In this document: positions 1 through 11,200 of the stretch, one piece after another
Layout: each line of letters starts with the position of its first letter
Numbering within the stretch: position 1 is the first letter of the stretch
Origin: a bacterium
GTDB taxonomy: Bacteria > Margulisbacteria > Marinamargulisbacteria > UBA817 > JABISL01
Assembly: GCA_018700055.1 (NCBI GenBank)
Contig: JABISL010000050.1
Location: 7,619-71,618, forward strand
Reading direction: 5' to 3'
DNA: 64,000 nucleotides
Program-made: the position numbers and the translations under genes
The notes under the pieces: model-generated
What the model saw: only the letters and a program-made list of their open reading frames with translations
Told to the model about the DNA's origin: nothing
Database searches by the model: none

Positions 1-427
1 CAGCCCACTCTTGAGCCTTGAGTAAGACAGCGGCTTCCAAATTGGCATGCCCGGTTAACGGAGAACCTTCGACAAGTAATTGTGCATTCATTTCTTGATG
101 AATCCGACTAACCATATCCTGTGGTGCCATAGACTTAGACAGAATCCCTTTGGCCAATAACTGGTCCCAAAAGGCGGCAAGATGGGCACTATCGAGATCT
201 ATTCGATCCGTTAATGTCTCATTTACCCAATCGGAAAAGCTGCCTTGATCACTGTTATCAGACGATCCGGACGCGGATGCAAGCGTCACGACATCATCAT
301 AATCCACCATTTGATTGGTGTCCGTATCCAATATTTTGATGTCATAAGCCCCTGACAAAAAGGCCGCATTCGAGGCTGAATTCAGGGATAGATTGCTATT
401 GGAGGTGGTGGTTTCAACTGGTGTCAT
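1..427 (-). CDS. hypothetical protein, N-terminal part only (ORF runs off the window start)
   Basis: Absent from the ORF track because it is unterminated. Checked by hand: ATG at 427..425 and no in-frame tta/cta/tca down to nt 1 (142 codons, MTPVETTTSNSNLSLNSASNAAFLSGAYDIKILDTDTNQ...). No family recognised. Confidence 0.45.
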   Translation of the reverse strand, partial: MTPVETTTSNSNLSLNSASNAAFLSGAYDIKILDTDTNQMVDYDDVVTLASASGSSDNSDQGSFSDWVNETLTDRIDLDSAHLAAFWDQLLAKGILSKSMAPQDMVSRIHQEMNAQLLVEGSPLTGHANLEAAVLLKAQEWA

Positions 428-507
428 AACAGAATTATTTATTTCCTATATGTATACGTACTTAATTATATCGTATTGGCAGGCACGATTTATGTACGAA
501 TTAACAC

Positions 508-516
508 TGGTATAAG
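508..516 (+). promoter_or_regulatory. candidate extended -10 promoter element (TGgTATAAG) upstream of the bolA-like gene
   Basis: TGG at 508-510 followed by TATAAG at 511-516, 40 nt upstream of the ATG at 556, in an AT-rich divergent intergenic region (428-555). No good -35 at proper spacing (TTGGCA at 476-481 is 29 nt away). Confidence 0.25.
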
Positions 517-555
517 TTACAGTTCCGATCCCCCCAATATGCTAAACTGTGGGGC

Positions 556-816
556 ATGTCGAGAATTGAGCGAATTAAGGCTGTGTTGGAAGACGCATTT
601 AAGCCAACTGAATTGGTGATTGAAGATGAAAGTCATCAGCATGCCGGGCACTATGAGAGTGATCAAGATGAGACGCATTTGGCGTTACGGATTGTGAGTG
701 AGGCGTTTGAGTCGATGTCATTGGTTAAACGTCATCAAGCCATCTACAAATTGCTAAATGATGAGCTCCAGTCTGGGTTACATGCCCTCAAGATCGATGC
801 GCGGCCGTCGGCATAG
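556..816 (+). CDS. BolA-family protein
   Basis: 86 aa. Typical BolA layout: ...LVIEDESHQHAGH...THLALRIVSEAF.G.S.VKRHQAIYKLL.DEL...LHALKI. Confidence 0.8.
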   Translation: MSRIERIKAVLEDAFKPTELVIEDESHQHAGHYESDQDETHLALRIVSEAFESMSLVKRHQAIYKLLNDELQSGLHALKIDARPSA

Positions 817-825
817 AAGCGTATT

Positions 826-1485
826 GTGACGATGGTCTATTATTGGCGGTTCTTGGATGCTGATTCGACTCAGTTGGATACTGAACTCGCGCGTGTACTG
901 CCTACTAGCGAGTTTGACGCTTGTGATCGATATAAGACACCTGAGTTGCGGCGTGCAGCACGGGCCTCTCGATTATTTGTAAGATATATACTGTCCCAAG
1001 AGCAACCTGATATCTCGCCAGAAGATTGGGTGATTGATCGGGACGAAAACGGCAAGCCATTTGTGTCTGGGCCGAAGACGTTTGGATTTAATATTAGCCA
1101 TACCGATCGGCTTCTAGTTGGCGTTGTTACTGAGCAAGGACGTGTCGGTATTGATATTGAATCCGTGGATCGACAGATGGATTATCAAAAAGTTGCCAAA
1201 CGGTTTTTCTCTAGTGATGAGCAGTCGCAATTGGAAGCGGCTAGCGCATCATCATTCGCTGAGACGTTTTTTGATATTTGGACTTGTAAAGAAGCTTATT
1301 TGAAGGCTACGGGTCTAGGTCTCCGTGTTGAATTGGACGCTATGTTAATTCCAGAAGGTAGCTGTCACCCCATTCAAATAGAAGATCATATTGGCACTGT
1401 TTGCTATTTGTCCGAAGACTCAGATATGGCGCACTCTATCGATCAGCCGATTGCCATGACGCCATTAGATCTACCGCTTCGTTAA
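826..1485 (+). CDS. 4'-phosphopantetheinyl transferase, Sfp type
   Basis: 219 aa with a GTG start. Motifs GKPF, FNISHT, GIDIE and W(T)CKEAYLKA(T)G are characteristic of the PPTase superfamily. Confidence 0.8.
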   Translation: MTMVYYWRFLDADSTQLDTELARVLPTSEFDACDRYKTPELRRAARASRLFVRYILSQEQPDISPEDWVIDRDENGKPFVSGPKTFGFNISHTDRLLVGVVTEQGRVGIDIESVDRQMDYQKVAKRFFSSDEQSQLEAASASSFAETFFDIWTCKEAYLKATGLGLRVELDAMLIPEGSCHPIQIEDHIGTVCYLSEDSDMAHSIDQPIAMTPLDLPLR

Positions 1486-2164
1486 TAACGAGCTGCTGAG
1501 GGTCGACCCACTCCGGTCTACTGTCATCAATATGAGTCAGAATAAGAGGTAGTTCGGTACAGCCCAACACAATGGCATCGAGATCGTTCTCCTGTTGCCA
1601 ACCAACTAACCAGTCTCTCCATTTACGAATGGTATCGTGGTCTACTCGCCCTTGTTTCTCTTGGCGAATCACAGCCATCACAGCGGCCTGCTCTTCCGGG
1701 TTAGGAGATAGCGCCTGTATCTGATTACTTGATAACTCATGATGATAAATATTACTCTTTACTAAGCCTGGAGTCCCCAATATTCCCACTCGCTTACGCT
1801 GGTATTGAGTCAAGTGATTGGTCGTCGCACGAATCATATCAATCAACTGTATTCCACTATTTGGAATAACTTCTCTCAGGGCCACGTGAGCCGTATTACA
1901 GGGCGCTATGACATGAGTAACGCCGCTCTTTTTTAGAGTCTCTATCCCCATAGTCAGGTGCTGTTTGACGGCTTCATGGGCGCTCCAATCATCCTCATTT
2001 AGCCCTTTTAGTATCGCCTGAGAGCGATCGGGCGTATCATTCTTGGAATATAAAATCGTACTGGGAATGGACTGATCCCCTTTATCGGACTTAAACCGGT
2101 CAATACAGGCTTTGGTCAATCGGAGGTTGAATATGGCACCCGCCAAAGGACCCATTCCTCCCAA
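1436..2164 (-). CDS. aspartate/glutamate racemase family protein
   Basis: GGMGP near the N terminus plus the two catalytic-Cys motifs (APCNTAH and LGCTELPL). The start is uncertain: the conserved VGILGGMGP strand begins upstream of the listed TTG. Confidence 0.8.
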   Translation of the reverse strand: MGGMGPLAGAIFNLRLTKACIDRFKSDKGDQSIPSTILYSKNDTPDRSQAILKGLNEDDWSAHEAVKQHLTMGIETLKKSGVTHVIAPCNTAHVALREVIPNSGIQLIDMIRATTNHLTQYQRKRVGILGTPGLVKSNIYHHELSSNQIQALSPNPEEQAAVMAVIRQEKQGRVDHDTIRKWRDWLVGWQQENDLDAIVLGCTELPLILTHIDDSRPEWVDPQQLVINEAVDLMASWQSADR

Positions 2165-2177
2165 AATCCCAACTTGC

Positions 2178-3095
2178 TTAGCGTTGATCTAACATTCCCA
2201 CATTGGGGACCCCGTAGATAGGCTTTTCGGGTCCAAACTTGAGTTTGGTAAAGGGCCGTGGATCTCTGGTGCGCTCATAAGCCACATAGGTCTTGAGATG
2301 GTTTTGGTAGAGCAGAATCGCCATTTGGGGGCGTCTACCCACTGGAATATCACCTAAGACAGAGAGCCTTATCGTTTTTCGTGTAAAGAACGTCGCCCAA
2401 GTTCGTTGTTCTGACCCCTTCATCATCAAGCAACGAATAGGCTTCTTGTGCTTAAGTGCCAACATTACCGAATAAGGAATGGGCTCCACATCTTGATTCA
2501 TGATGGCTACGCCTTCAGCCAGCGTAAATTCGGCTTTTAGGTATCGGTCCAAGCGGAACGGTTTTTGTTTGTAATTGCGAATATCATAAAGGGTCTCAGC
2601 CGGATAGATTCCCAATGCGTAAAAGGCATAGCGCATCCACCCTTTCGAAAAGAATTGAGGAGGCATTACCGTTATCTTGCGATAAGGCAGTGCCTTAAAA
2701 AGAAGAATCATATCGAAGGGATTCATCGAATTAACGATCAAGACCTTATCCTCACAGTCCGCAATAACCTGCTTATCCACCTTAAGTCGAATCCCATTCA
2801 TAAACAAATAGATCCCCATCGACATTTTCACATAAGCGACCAAGAGTCTGTTGAGTCGTGTTAACTTGGCTATGATCCAAATAAGCATAAACCCAATAAA
2901 GAACAGCAACGCAATCGGTAGGCGCTGAATCATTGTTAGTGGGACTAACACCGCACGAATCAATCCAAATAGTAGTCGACTAACTAAAGTGCCCATAAGG
3001 GAATCCACTCTGGTTTCAGATATAACGTAACTACTGCTGCAATTAATAAAATCATCGGCCAAATCCGAATAAACCCGATGGCTGTTAACTTCCAC
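2178..3095 (-). CDS. membrane protein, distant PlsC/LPLAT acyltransferase-like; catalytic His not evident
   Basis: N-terminal hydrophobic helices followed by ...GIRLKVD..VLIVNSMNPFDMILLF..., which aligns to LPLAT block I (NHxxxxD) but has Ser in the His position. FTLAEGV resembles block III (FPEGT). Confidence 0.3.
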   Translation of the reverse strand: MEVNSHRVYSDLADDFINCSSSYVISETRVDSLMGTLVSRLLFGLIRAVLVPLTMIQRLPIALLFFIGFMLIWIIAKLTRLNRLLVAYVKMSMGIYLFMNGIRLKVDKQVIADCEDKVLIVNSMNPFDMILLFKALPYRKITVMPPQFFSKGWMRYAFYALGIYPAETLYDIRNYKQKPFRLDRYLKAEFTLAEGVAIMNQDVEPIPYSVMLALKHKKPIRCLMMKGSEQRTWATFFTRKTIRLSVLGDIPVGRRPQMAILLYQNHLKTYVAYERTRDPRPFTKLKFGPEKPIYGVPNVGMLDQR

Positions 3096-3134
3096 GCCAA
3101 ACGACTAACGCGTTTGGGACGAAACGGCTTAGCT

Positions 3135-3980
3135 TTAGTGTCCTTGGACATCTATTGATCCCCTTTGTTGGTCGTCTTTAATATAATCTTTCACCCGCTT
3201 AGACCGATCCTTATCCTTCCCTGTTGGCTTGGTTTTTACAGGGGGGGTAGCAGGTTTTTTGACCGGTTTCGGCGCGATTGGTTTTTTAGTCTGAATTGGA
3301 GGAGGGGTTGGTTTCTTGGGCTCTTTTTCAGGAACGGCCTTCACTGGAACCACATCTACCTTACGCTCAGATATATCCGGCAGGTCTGAGGGAATCCTAA
3401 CGGCTTCAACCAAGTCAGGTAGTGCGGCCTTAACGGGTCTTATTTGAGGCGTCGGATTAATGGGATCTACCGATTTTGGTGGCTCATACACTGGCACTTT
3501 TTCAGGGATTTTTGGCGGCTGTAGATCAACTATTGGCTCTTCTATTACGGGCGATGATGTCTCAACCGGCACCTCAATAGGAATAACACTCTGGGGCTTG
3601 AGTTTGACGGCTTTTTTCTTAGGTTTACCAATCGGAAAAGCGGTAATGGCTTCTGTTTCAGTATCAGGCGCTTGGTTGCGAAGGCGTTTCATAAACCCTT
3701 GCTGCATTCTTACCTTGGCATAGCCATTGCGTTTGTCATTGCCCAAGCGCCGTATCATCTGCCCTAGTTTGGCGCTGATCTCACCCACCTCCTCGACCTT
3801 GTCACCCAAGATGTCCCGAAACTTGGCGATATCTTCATATTCACCACGTTCGACCTTGCCCAAGAGGTCTGCCATCAAGTACTTTAACTGCTGAAATAAT
3901 GGGGTCGGCAAGAGGGCTTTTAGGTCAGCCATCTCGTCAGGTGTAATTAGTGTTGGGAGCTCATTTGGAGGTTGAGTCAT
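3135..3980 (-). CDS. hypothetical Pro/Lys-rich protein
   Basis: 281 aa. Helical N-terminal ~100 aa, then an extended P/K/V/E-rich low-complexity region (KKPTPPPIQTKKPIAPKPVKKPATPPVKTKP). Overlaps the upstream gene by 20 nt. Confidence 0.6.
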   Translation of the reverse strand: MTQPPNELPTLITPDEMADLKALLPTPLFQQLKYLMADLLGKVERGEYEDIAKFRDILGDKVEEVGEISAKLGQMIRRLGNDKRNGYAKVRMQQGFMKRLRNQAPDTETEAITAFPIGKPKKKAVKLKPQSVIPIEVPVETSSPVIEEPIVDLQPPKIPEKVPVYEPPKSVDPINPTPQIRPVKAALPDLVEAVRIPSDLPDISERKVDVVPVKAVPEKEPKKPTPPPIQTKKPIAPKPVKKPATPPVKTKPTGKDKDRSKRVKDYIKDDQQRGSIDVQGH

Positions 3981-4332
3981 CGGTCTTTGGTGGACTCGGG
4001 GCCGCGCCTTTAGCTTTGGATCCTTCTGTTTTCTTGAGGTGATTGGCCATCGCTTGCTTCTCCGCTAATGTGCCGCGAGTATCCGCTTGTCGAGACGTAC
4101 TAATATCGGACATAGTATCCGTATATTCCTTATTAATCACATCCAGCGATTCCTGCATATCCATGCCCCGTTGCTGTAGTTGTTGGGTCAAATACTCCAT
4201 TTCCTTATCAATCGTCTTCATGAACAGGTCCTGTTCCTTGCGATTTTTATGCGCGAAGTAGAGTCGAAAGAGATTGCTAACTCCGATACTAACGGCAAAA
4301 AAGATAATAAATATTTTAAAAAATAAATCCAT
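3961..4332 (-). CDS. hypothetical single-pass membrane protein
   Basis: 123 aa. N-terminal hydrophobic helix (FFKIFIIFFAVSIGVSNLF), then a charged helical segment. 5-nt gap to the upstream gene. Confidence 0.55.
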   Translation of the reverse strand: MDLFFKIFIIFFAVSIGVSNLFRLYFAHKNRKEQDLFMKTIDKEMEYLTQQLQQRGMDMQESLDVINKEYTDTMSDISTSRQADTRGTLAEKQAMANHLKKTEGSKAKGAAPSPPKTDDSTSK

Positions 4333-4337
4333 GGTAG

Positions 4338-5294
4338 TTAATCTATTATAGCAAGTTTATAGCGACGAATGGCCTTTTGAATCTTGGGAAGGGTTTTGGC
4401 ATTCACCCCTTTTTCAATCGCGTTTTTGATAAGGATGGCCGCATTGCGCCGTTGAGCACTTTTGGAACGGGCCATTTTTTGAAGGGTTTCGACAGTATGG
4501 GCCACAATGGGCTCGGGGAGTTGCTCAAGGATAGAGATTCCTTTCTCCGGTTGCTGATATTGCATTAGGGTCTTGAGAATGCGAACGATCACTTGCTGAC
4601 AATAGGGTTTGTATCTCTCAAAATGATCCGCATCAAAGCCAATCAAATAAGCCCATTTTACTAAAAAAACAAACTGCCCTTTGGACTTAATTGGAGTGGT
4701 ATCTTTCAGTAGTTGGGCATGACGGACCAATGCCTCTGTCATCACTTGTCGCTCCAAAGGAAGTGTCCGGTGAAGCATGGTGATATATGCCTTATAAGGC
4801 GTCAGAGGAAGCTCTGGTTTATCTAGGTGATGCAGACATTGGTTAACCAATTGATCGGCACTCTGATCAGAAACAGCCTCTGATATATCCTTAAAAAAGA
4901 CCCCTTCTATCACGCCATAACGCGAATCCATACGTTTTTCTAAGGTGCTGTAGTCTGGATAATCCAGGGCTCGCAACCCTTCCATCGTAGTGTGTCGAAA
5001 ATCAAAGTCCAACGCTCTAAGAATGTCGACAATCCGATCCAAAGGAAATGACGTGTAATTAAAGATGTGAACTAATCCCTCTTCAGGAAATCGGTCGTTT
5101 CGGCACAACATGGCCACCGCTTCCGGATTACATTTCAATACAAAATGGGTCTGGAGCGCCAAATCTTGACCAAGGGCCTTTATTAACTCCTGAACCGCCT
5201 GATCGTCTTGTAAGTCCTCTGTCGAAATCGACTTGGTTTCGGGATCCATGAGTGCGATCAAAAGATCCACATGGGCTTCTTGAAGATTGGTCAT
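4338..5294 (-). CDS. hypothetical protein, start-coupled to the giant ORF
   Basis: 318 aa. The ATG at 5294 lies 2 nt after the giant ORF TAA (5297-5299). No motif recognised. Confidence 0.65.
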   Translation of the reverse strand: MTNLQEAHVDLLIALMDPETKSISTEDLQDDQAVQELIKALGQDLALQTHFVLKCNPEAVAMLCRNDRFPEEGLVHIFNYTSFPLDRIVDILRALDFDFRHTTMEGLRALDYPDYSTLEKRMDSRYGVIEGVFFKDISEAVSDQSADQLVNQCLHHLDKPELPLTPYKAYITMLHRTLPLERQVMTEALVRHAQLLKDTTPIKSKGQFVFLVKWAYLIGFDADHFERYKPYCQQVIVRILKTLMQYQQPEKGISILEQLPEPIVAHTVETLQKMARSKSAQRRNAAILIKNAIEKGVNAKTLPKIQKAIRRYKLAIID

Positions 5295-5296
5295 AC

Positions 5297-8200
5297 TTAT
5301 ATTCTAATCGTTCCAGCACTAATACCGCCAGCACCATAGCCAGAAATATTCGATTGCGCACCCATATTAAGACTTGATAGGGTTGCTGCCAGACTACCGT
5401 ATTGACCCTTAAGTGTATTGATATACTCATTTAAATCAAACTTGGTATCAGGTCCTAAGCCGGCAATCTGCTTCTTGGTCTTGATTAGATCTTGTATTAC
5501 CGCTGGCGTTTCTACTCGCTCATGAGCATTACCCTTCCTTGCTGTTAATCCATCCTCGATATCGGCGTCCATAGTATCTAATCGACTGTCTGAGTCTGGA
5601 TAGATAGAGGACCCCAGATCCATCACTTGATCCTTCGACGTCATCCCGGCAAGTTCCGTTAATAGTGTCTTGCGATAGACATCGCCTACGATTTTCCGAA
5701 GCGCCTTATTATGCATTGGGACTTCCTTCTTACTAGAAGGGTCTATATCGATAAACTCAAGGGTCTGTCCAACCAAAGACTTAGTCGCATCCGCTCGATT
5801 CGTTGGGGATTGTGCACTGAGGAACCGCGCATGTAGCTTGCCCATCGTTTCGGCAGTCTGCGTGATGTATCTTTCGGGCATCTTCTGATGCATAACATTC
5901 ACCAAGTCTCTGGCATTTGGAACGAACTGCGAGTTAAGAATAGTCGCCTCAAATCGATCGGTGCCCAGCTCTTGCTCTAGATCTAGAACCATCTGTGCAT
6001 AAATATCAGGTCGAGGGGATTCGCCTTCAAGCAAGCTATTCTTAAGCTCTATTAACGACTCAGTATCCACTGTTCGGGCCCCTTCTTGATAAGCATCCGT
6101 CACTAATCCGGCCAAGAGATTGGCGCGGGTCGCCCCTTTCATTTTCGTGTTATCCATTTGGCTAATTGTCTGTAGCAGATTCTTTTTTCCCAATTGCGCG
6201 GTATCATAATCCGCTGTTCCTTTTTTGGGTTGATAATCCAAAAACTCGCGGGTTAATTTGACCAACATATCCTTGTCCTTGCCTCCTAAATGCTGATGCA
6301 GTCCCATCCAAGCTTCGGGGCGTTGACTGGCCATATACTTAATAATCTCAGCGCGACTCTTTAACTTGTCTTCGTCATTTGTTTTGGCATCCCCTTTCGT
6401 CGAGATCAGGCTCCAGATCATGTTATAGCTCACATTTCGATCAAACTCTTTGACCGGGAGACTCTCCGCATCTATTTCCTTCGGCAGTTCCGGCAACGAG
6501 TCATTCGCGCCCAACAACCCTCTCATTTGATCGGTCATCCCTTCCACACCATCGGGATCTGTCACAGCACTTGCGCCTTCCAATCCAGAAAGGTTTTGGA
6601 TCAACCCATCTACTGCGGCACCTGTGGCTTCTGCAGGGTCACCTAGAGCGCTCAATGCTTCATTTAATCGTGTTTGTTGTTCAAGTTTGTCCGGTTCGCT
6701 AGAGTCCTCTAGCGCCTTGAGCTGAGCTTCTAAGTCTGATCTGGTCGGAACAGCGGTTTCACCCTCCCAAGGCGTGATGTCATTCAAGCCAACATCTGCA
6801 TCTTTATCTTCAGGCAAGAGTTCATTTCCACTCATCTTTTCAAGCATGCCATCTACTACAACCATCATCTTGGTTGGCGGTGTCGTGGATCTATTAACCC
6901 CTGCCTTTCCATGGGCCACTTCTTGATAGTCATTGAGTTTCTTAAATTGGCCTACTGAGTTAAAGTCATTTTTCTTTCGGTCGATATTCCAACTTTTCCA
7001 TACAGGAGATGTCCACGATTGGCTTTTTTTGTCATAGTCGCCTTGATGATATTCCTTAAAGAACCCTTGAGAATTATCGTTGGTTACGAGCTCTGTTTTG
7101 GCTAAGATCATTTCTATCCCACCCATACCTTTGACCATATCAATTGCTTCTTGGCTGCCATTACTCCCATGCATAACCCCAATAAGCTGCCCCATTAGAT
7201 CTTCAAATGTGGCCTTGTGGTCTTTTCCAACAAGTTCTCGATGAGATGTATTTACGAACTTATCAATATCGGCTTGTTGCTGGGGATCCCCATCCACATA
7301 CCCTTTCATTAATTGGTGCATGACCGTTCGATCTGATTTGGACATTTTTAATACCGTTGCCCCTAGGCTCTGAATACCTTCTGTGCTTGTCAAAAAACTA
7401 CCCAGATATTCATAGGCCTTGCTACCGGACTCCTTAAGCGCCGCTGAGAATACCTTGGGCGACTCCTGAGATAGACGAACCATGATGGCTCGTTTGTTAG
7501 CATCTGTGAGTTCCGGTGATAACAGCATTTGCTTGAGACGAGTGGTTGACTTCATCATCTGCTTAGACTCACCCAGAATCTCATTAACCTCGGATTCCAC
7601 GACTCTTGAAATCACCCCTGTTCGTTTATTATCAAGCGCCTTTCCTTCTTGTTTCATCGCAGAGGCCAAGTCTGGTTTTCCACTACGACGCACCGCACTG
7701 GCCACGACATCCATCGATCGACCCCCTACTTTTTTGGCCAATTCTTTTAAGATGGGCTCTCCTTTTGGGTTAGTCAGATCCGAACCGGGAACCTTGTCGT
7801 TGGGATCAATATTGCTACGACTAATAAGACTTCCTAATCGATTCAAGTCACTCTCAGCCCCACCGATCTCCGGTTGTTTAAGGAGTTGATGAACGATCTT
7901 AGTGGCCAAGTCCGCGGCCCGACTAGGCTTACTTGGTAGCGGCGCATCATCACCGGTTAATGATTTCATTGCGGACGTCGTCTCTCTCAATGCACTCTGG
8001 GCGCCCCCATCTTCGCCAGACAACGATTGCAACTCGCCAGCCAGTCGACCGCCTTCTTTTGCCGGAGGCGTTGCGCCCCCATCTTGGCCAGACAACGATT
8101 GCAACTCGCCAGCTAGACGATCGCCTTCTTTTACCGGAGGCGTTACCCCTACCTTCTGTGAGGCAGATGATTTGGGAGCCGTTTTCTCATATCTCGATTC

Positions 8201-11200
8201 TCTTTTCGCTATGATATCTGTTAGCGCCTCAGCCTTAGCTATAACCATGCGCAGGTGCTGAGCTGTTAGTTTCGGCATATCCTTAGATGGACTCAATGCG
8301 GTTGTGACTTCTGATGACAAAAGCTGTAATAAACTATCTTGTTTATCGGACGGAAAATGATCTAAGCTGGCCTCAACACGTTTGGAAAAAGCAGCAACTT
8401 CCGTATTTACTTGGGACTCATAGAGCAGTCCGTCTGTTCCGGGTTTCATCATGTCTTTGGCAATCGTTGTGGCAAAAGACCCTGTCATCATTCCATCTCT
8501 AATCAGTTTGTATGCATCAGAGTTGGGAACGTCCTTCTTAGATCCCCCAAAACTTGGGACTTGGTCTTCATTCAATTGATCCATCACTCGCGCTCGAATT
8601 TCGGGTGGGGCGCTTTTCATTAATGCCTGAGTGGCTTTTATAAAGTCTTCTTTCGTCCCTGCGGTATTGGTCTGCACGCCAACCAATTCATTCAGATGAT
8701 CCGTTAACTCTTTGGCAGAAGACCCGGGACTCGGTGCAATAACCGCCCCTCCCATCAATGTCGCTAATGTCTCCTTCACTTGTTTAGCCAGATGCTTTGT
8801 TCCTTGATCTACTAATACAGATCCTTTCATTTGGGTAGAATTGCTCACTTGGGTCATCATATCTGCGATGTCGGCCAACGCCTGGTACTTCTTGATCTGA
8901 CCTTTCTCATCCGATGACTCTGGATTAAGTATGGACCCGGGGTCGTTTTCCAAGCGGCCGGTTTCGACTTGAATACTTCTTAATAGTCCTTCGGCTTCGG
9001 CTCTGGGCATTTTTGACATCAAAGCACCCGCGGCTTTCATCGTATTGGCAAACTCCTCTGGTGTTTTTGCCTTACCCATATTTCCTACTATAATGCCTTG
9101 GTTATGCGATAACCTGGCTTTGGGATTAAGCTCCGTGAGTGCTCGAGGGCCATCTACGGACTTCCCTTCAAAGGTATTGGCTTGAGCACTTACCGTTTTC
9201 ATATCTACGACGTCGTTTTCAAACCGTTGGCTCATCGCCATGTTTTCTTGCAGTGTAATCGACGTTCCGGCTCGATTGAATTGCATTTGATCTTGCTGAA
9301 AATCCCGTTGATCACTCATAGCATCTATAACGGCTTGGCGATCGGCGTCATCCAATTGACGGGCTTGCTGCTCATATTTTGGATGGGATTCGTCTAGTGG
9401 CTCTCTATTTCTCTTATCCGTATAGGCCTGATAGGTCTGCGAAGCTTGAGAGTTACTCGGGGATATCGCCAATCCGACCAACTCATCGCGTACCTCTCTC
9501 AGTTCTGTCGGTGTCTGACCATCTAATCCCTGGAGGTGACCAAGTAGGTCTTCAGCCCCTTCACTCTCATCTAGTCGATAACTCATAGCTAGCGCTCTAG
9601 ATGCCACCGCTGTCCGGAATGTGGCAAAGGGCGTGTTCGTCTTCTGGTCTGAGCCGTTTACAGCCTCACGACCTCCCAAGGCCTTCGCTAAGTTGCTTAA
9701 TCGAGCAAAGCTTTTACTATCTGTAGGAACACTATCTAGGTTAATGCTTTCGGTAAGTTGTTTAATATCCTTATCACTGAGCTTAGCGAGTTCTCCCTCC
9801 ACACCTGTGATACTATCGGCGGTTTTCATCAACGAAACGAACTGTTGAGTCTGCTCTAGCTTTTGGCCAGCAGCTGTTTGGACGTTGGTAGCTCGAGCAG
9901 GAGTCGACTCTGGCATAAAGAACCCAATCGGTGTCAGAGAGAGGATGTCCAAGCTATTACGACTTGTCGTTTGTCTCGTTTCTGATTGCATCACTTCATT
10001 ATCCAATACCCCTCGATCAGTAGCGGCCTGCATCAACGAGAGACCTCCGGCGGCATCGGGTTCCCCTGAATGCTGGATTGCCCATTGCTGCAGCGTCGCC
10101 ATTAATGGTCGCTCTGGAGTAACCATTTTGTTATCCATCCTAACCTCGCTAGGCGTCATCCCCATTGCCAGTCCTAAGAGCTGGATGCGTTGCCCATCAG
10201 GAAGCTTCTGAAAATCAGCTCTACTCCCTACTTCTTCGGCACCACCTGATAACTTCGCAATTTGTTTTTCAATTTGCTCTAATCCTCTTTCTCCAATTGT
10301 AATTTCCTGATTTAAGGCTTGTTTCGATTTCGCTTCAGACATCGCCATTTTGATTTGATCAACCCTACCTGGCGGTGATTTTTTCGGGGCTTCATTTTGT
10401 TTGTGCCTCAGTCCTTTTAATTTGGACTTGCTCGCTTTTTGATCGGCTCTCAAATTATCCATTTGGCGCTGATCGGGTGACATCTGATAGATTTGATCGC
10501 TTACGGTCCACATCTGTGCCCTTAATTGCGTTGCTGCGGTGGTATCTCCAGTCTGCTGCGCTTGTTCAAGCTGATCACTAAGATCACCTCTCTCTTGATG
10601 CAATTTGTCATATTTAACTTGATCCGCGCCACTCTTAGGAGGCATGACAGTGTCAGAACGCCCACTCCTTATTGTCGTAGCAATACCGTCACGTACTCGA
10701 TCCTGAAGAGCGGGAGACAGCTTTTCGAAATTGGCGATGGTCTCAGAGGTTTGGGTATATACCAGCTGATCGGCGATCTGGGATTGCATATCGTCATCCC
10801 CAAACTTTTGGCTTAAGGCAAATAAATCATTAATAGTATCGGCATTCCCCAGCGTTCTTTTGGTCACATTCGCCAAAACTTCTTTGGTATTAATGGATTG
10901 CATCAAGGCTTTTTGTGTGGAATCGGGAATCCCTTTGTGTCTAAGAGCCTTTAATGCCGCTGAGGGCGCTTTTCCGGCCCACTCTTGGAATGTCTTCGTT
11001 TGACTTGGTGATAACGGTTGGCTGTCACTATTCACCCCTTTGAAGGTATGGGTAATTAGAGCCGTAACTGTATTAGAACTAAGCTTGCCCAAATTAATAG
11101 CATTCCCGGCCAATGTATCCAGAACAGCAGCTCGCTGTGTCTCTTGAGCCGTCCCGTCAGTCACACTGAGGAATCGGTCAATCACCTCGGGTCGAGACTT

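Noticed and set aside
5297-5420. The C-terminal tail of the giant protein (YINTLKGQYGSLAATLSSLNMGAQSNISGY...) looked faintly like the conserved C-terminal helix of flagellar cap or axial proteins (FliD-type ...aQF.aLd..l..m.....L).
   Set aside because: The resemblance is a few residues in a low-complexity context and cannot be separated from chance without a profile search. It is not reported as a domain.
5128-5430. A 100-aa minus-strand ORF spanning the junction between the giant gene and the downstream gene.
   Set aside because: It is out of frame with both well-supported genes it overlaps, and it has no SD.
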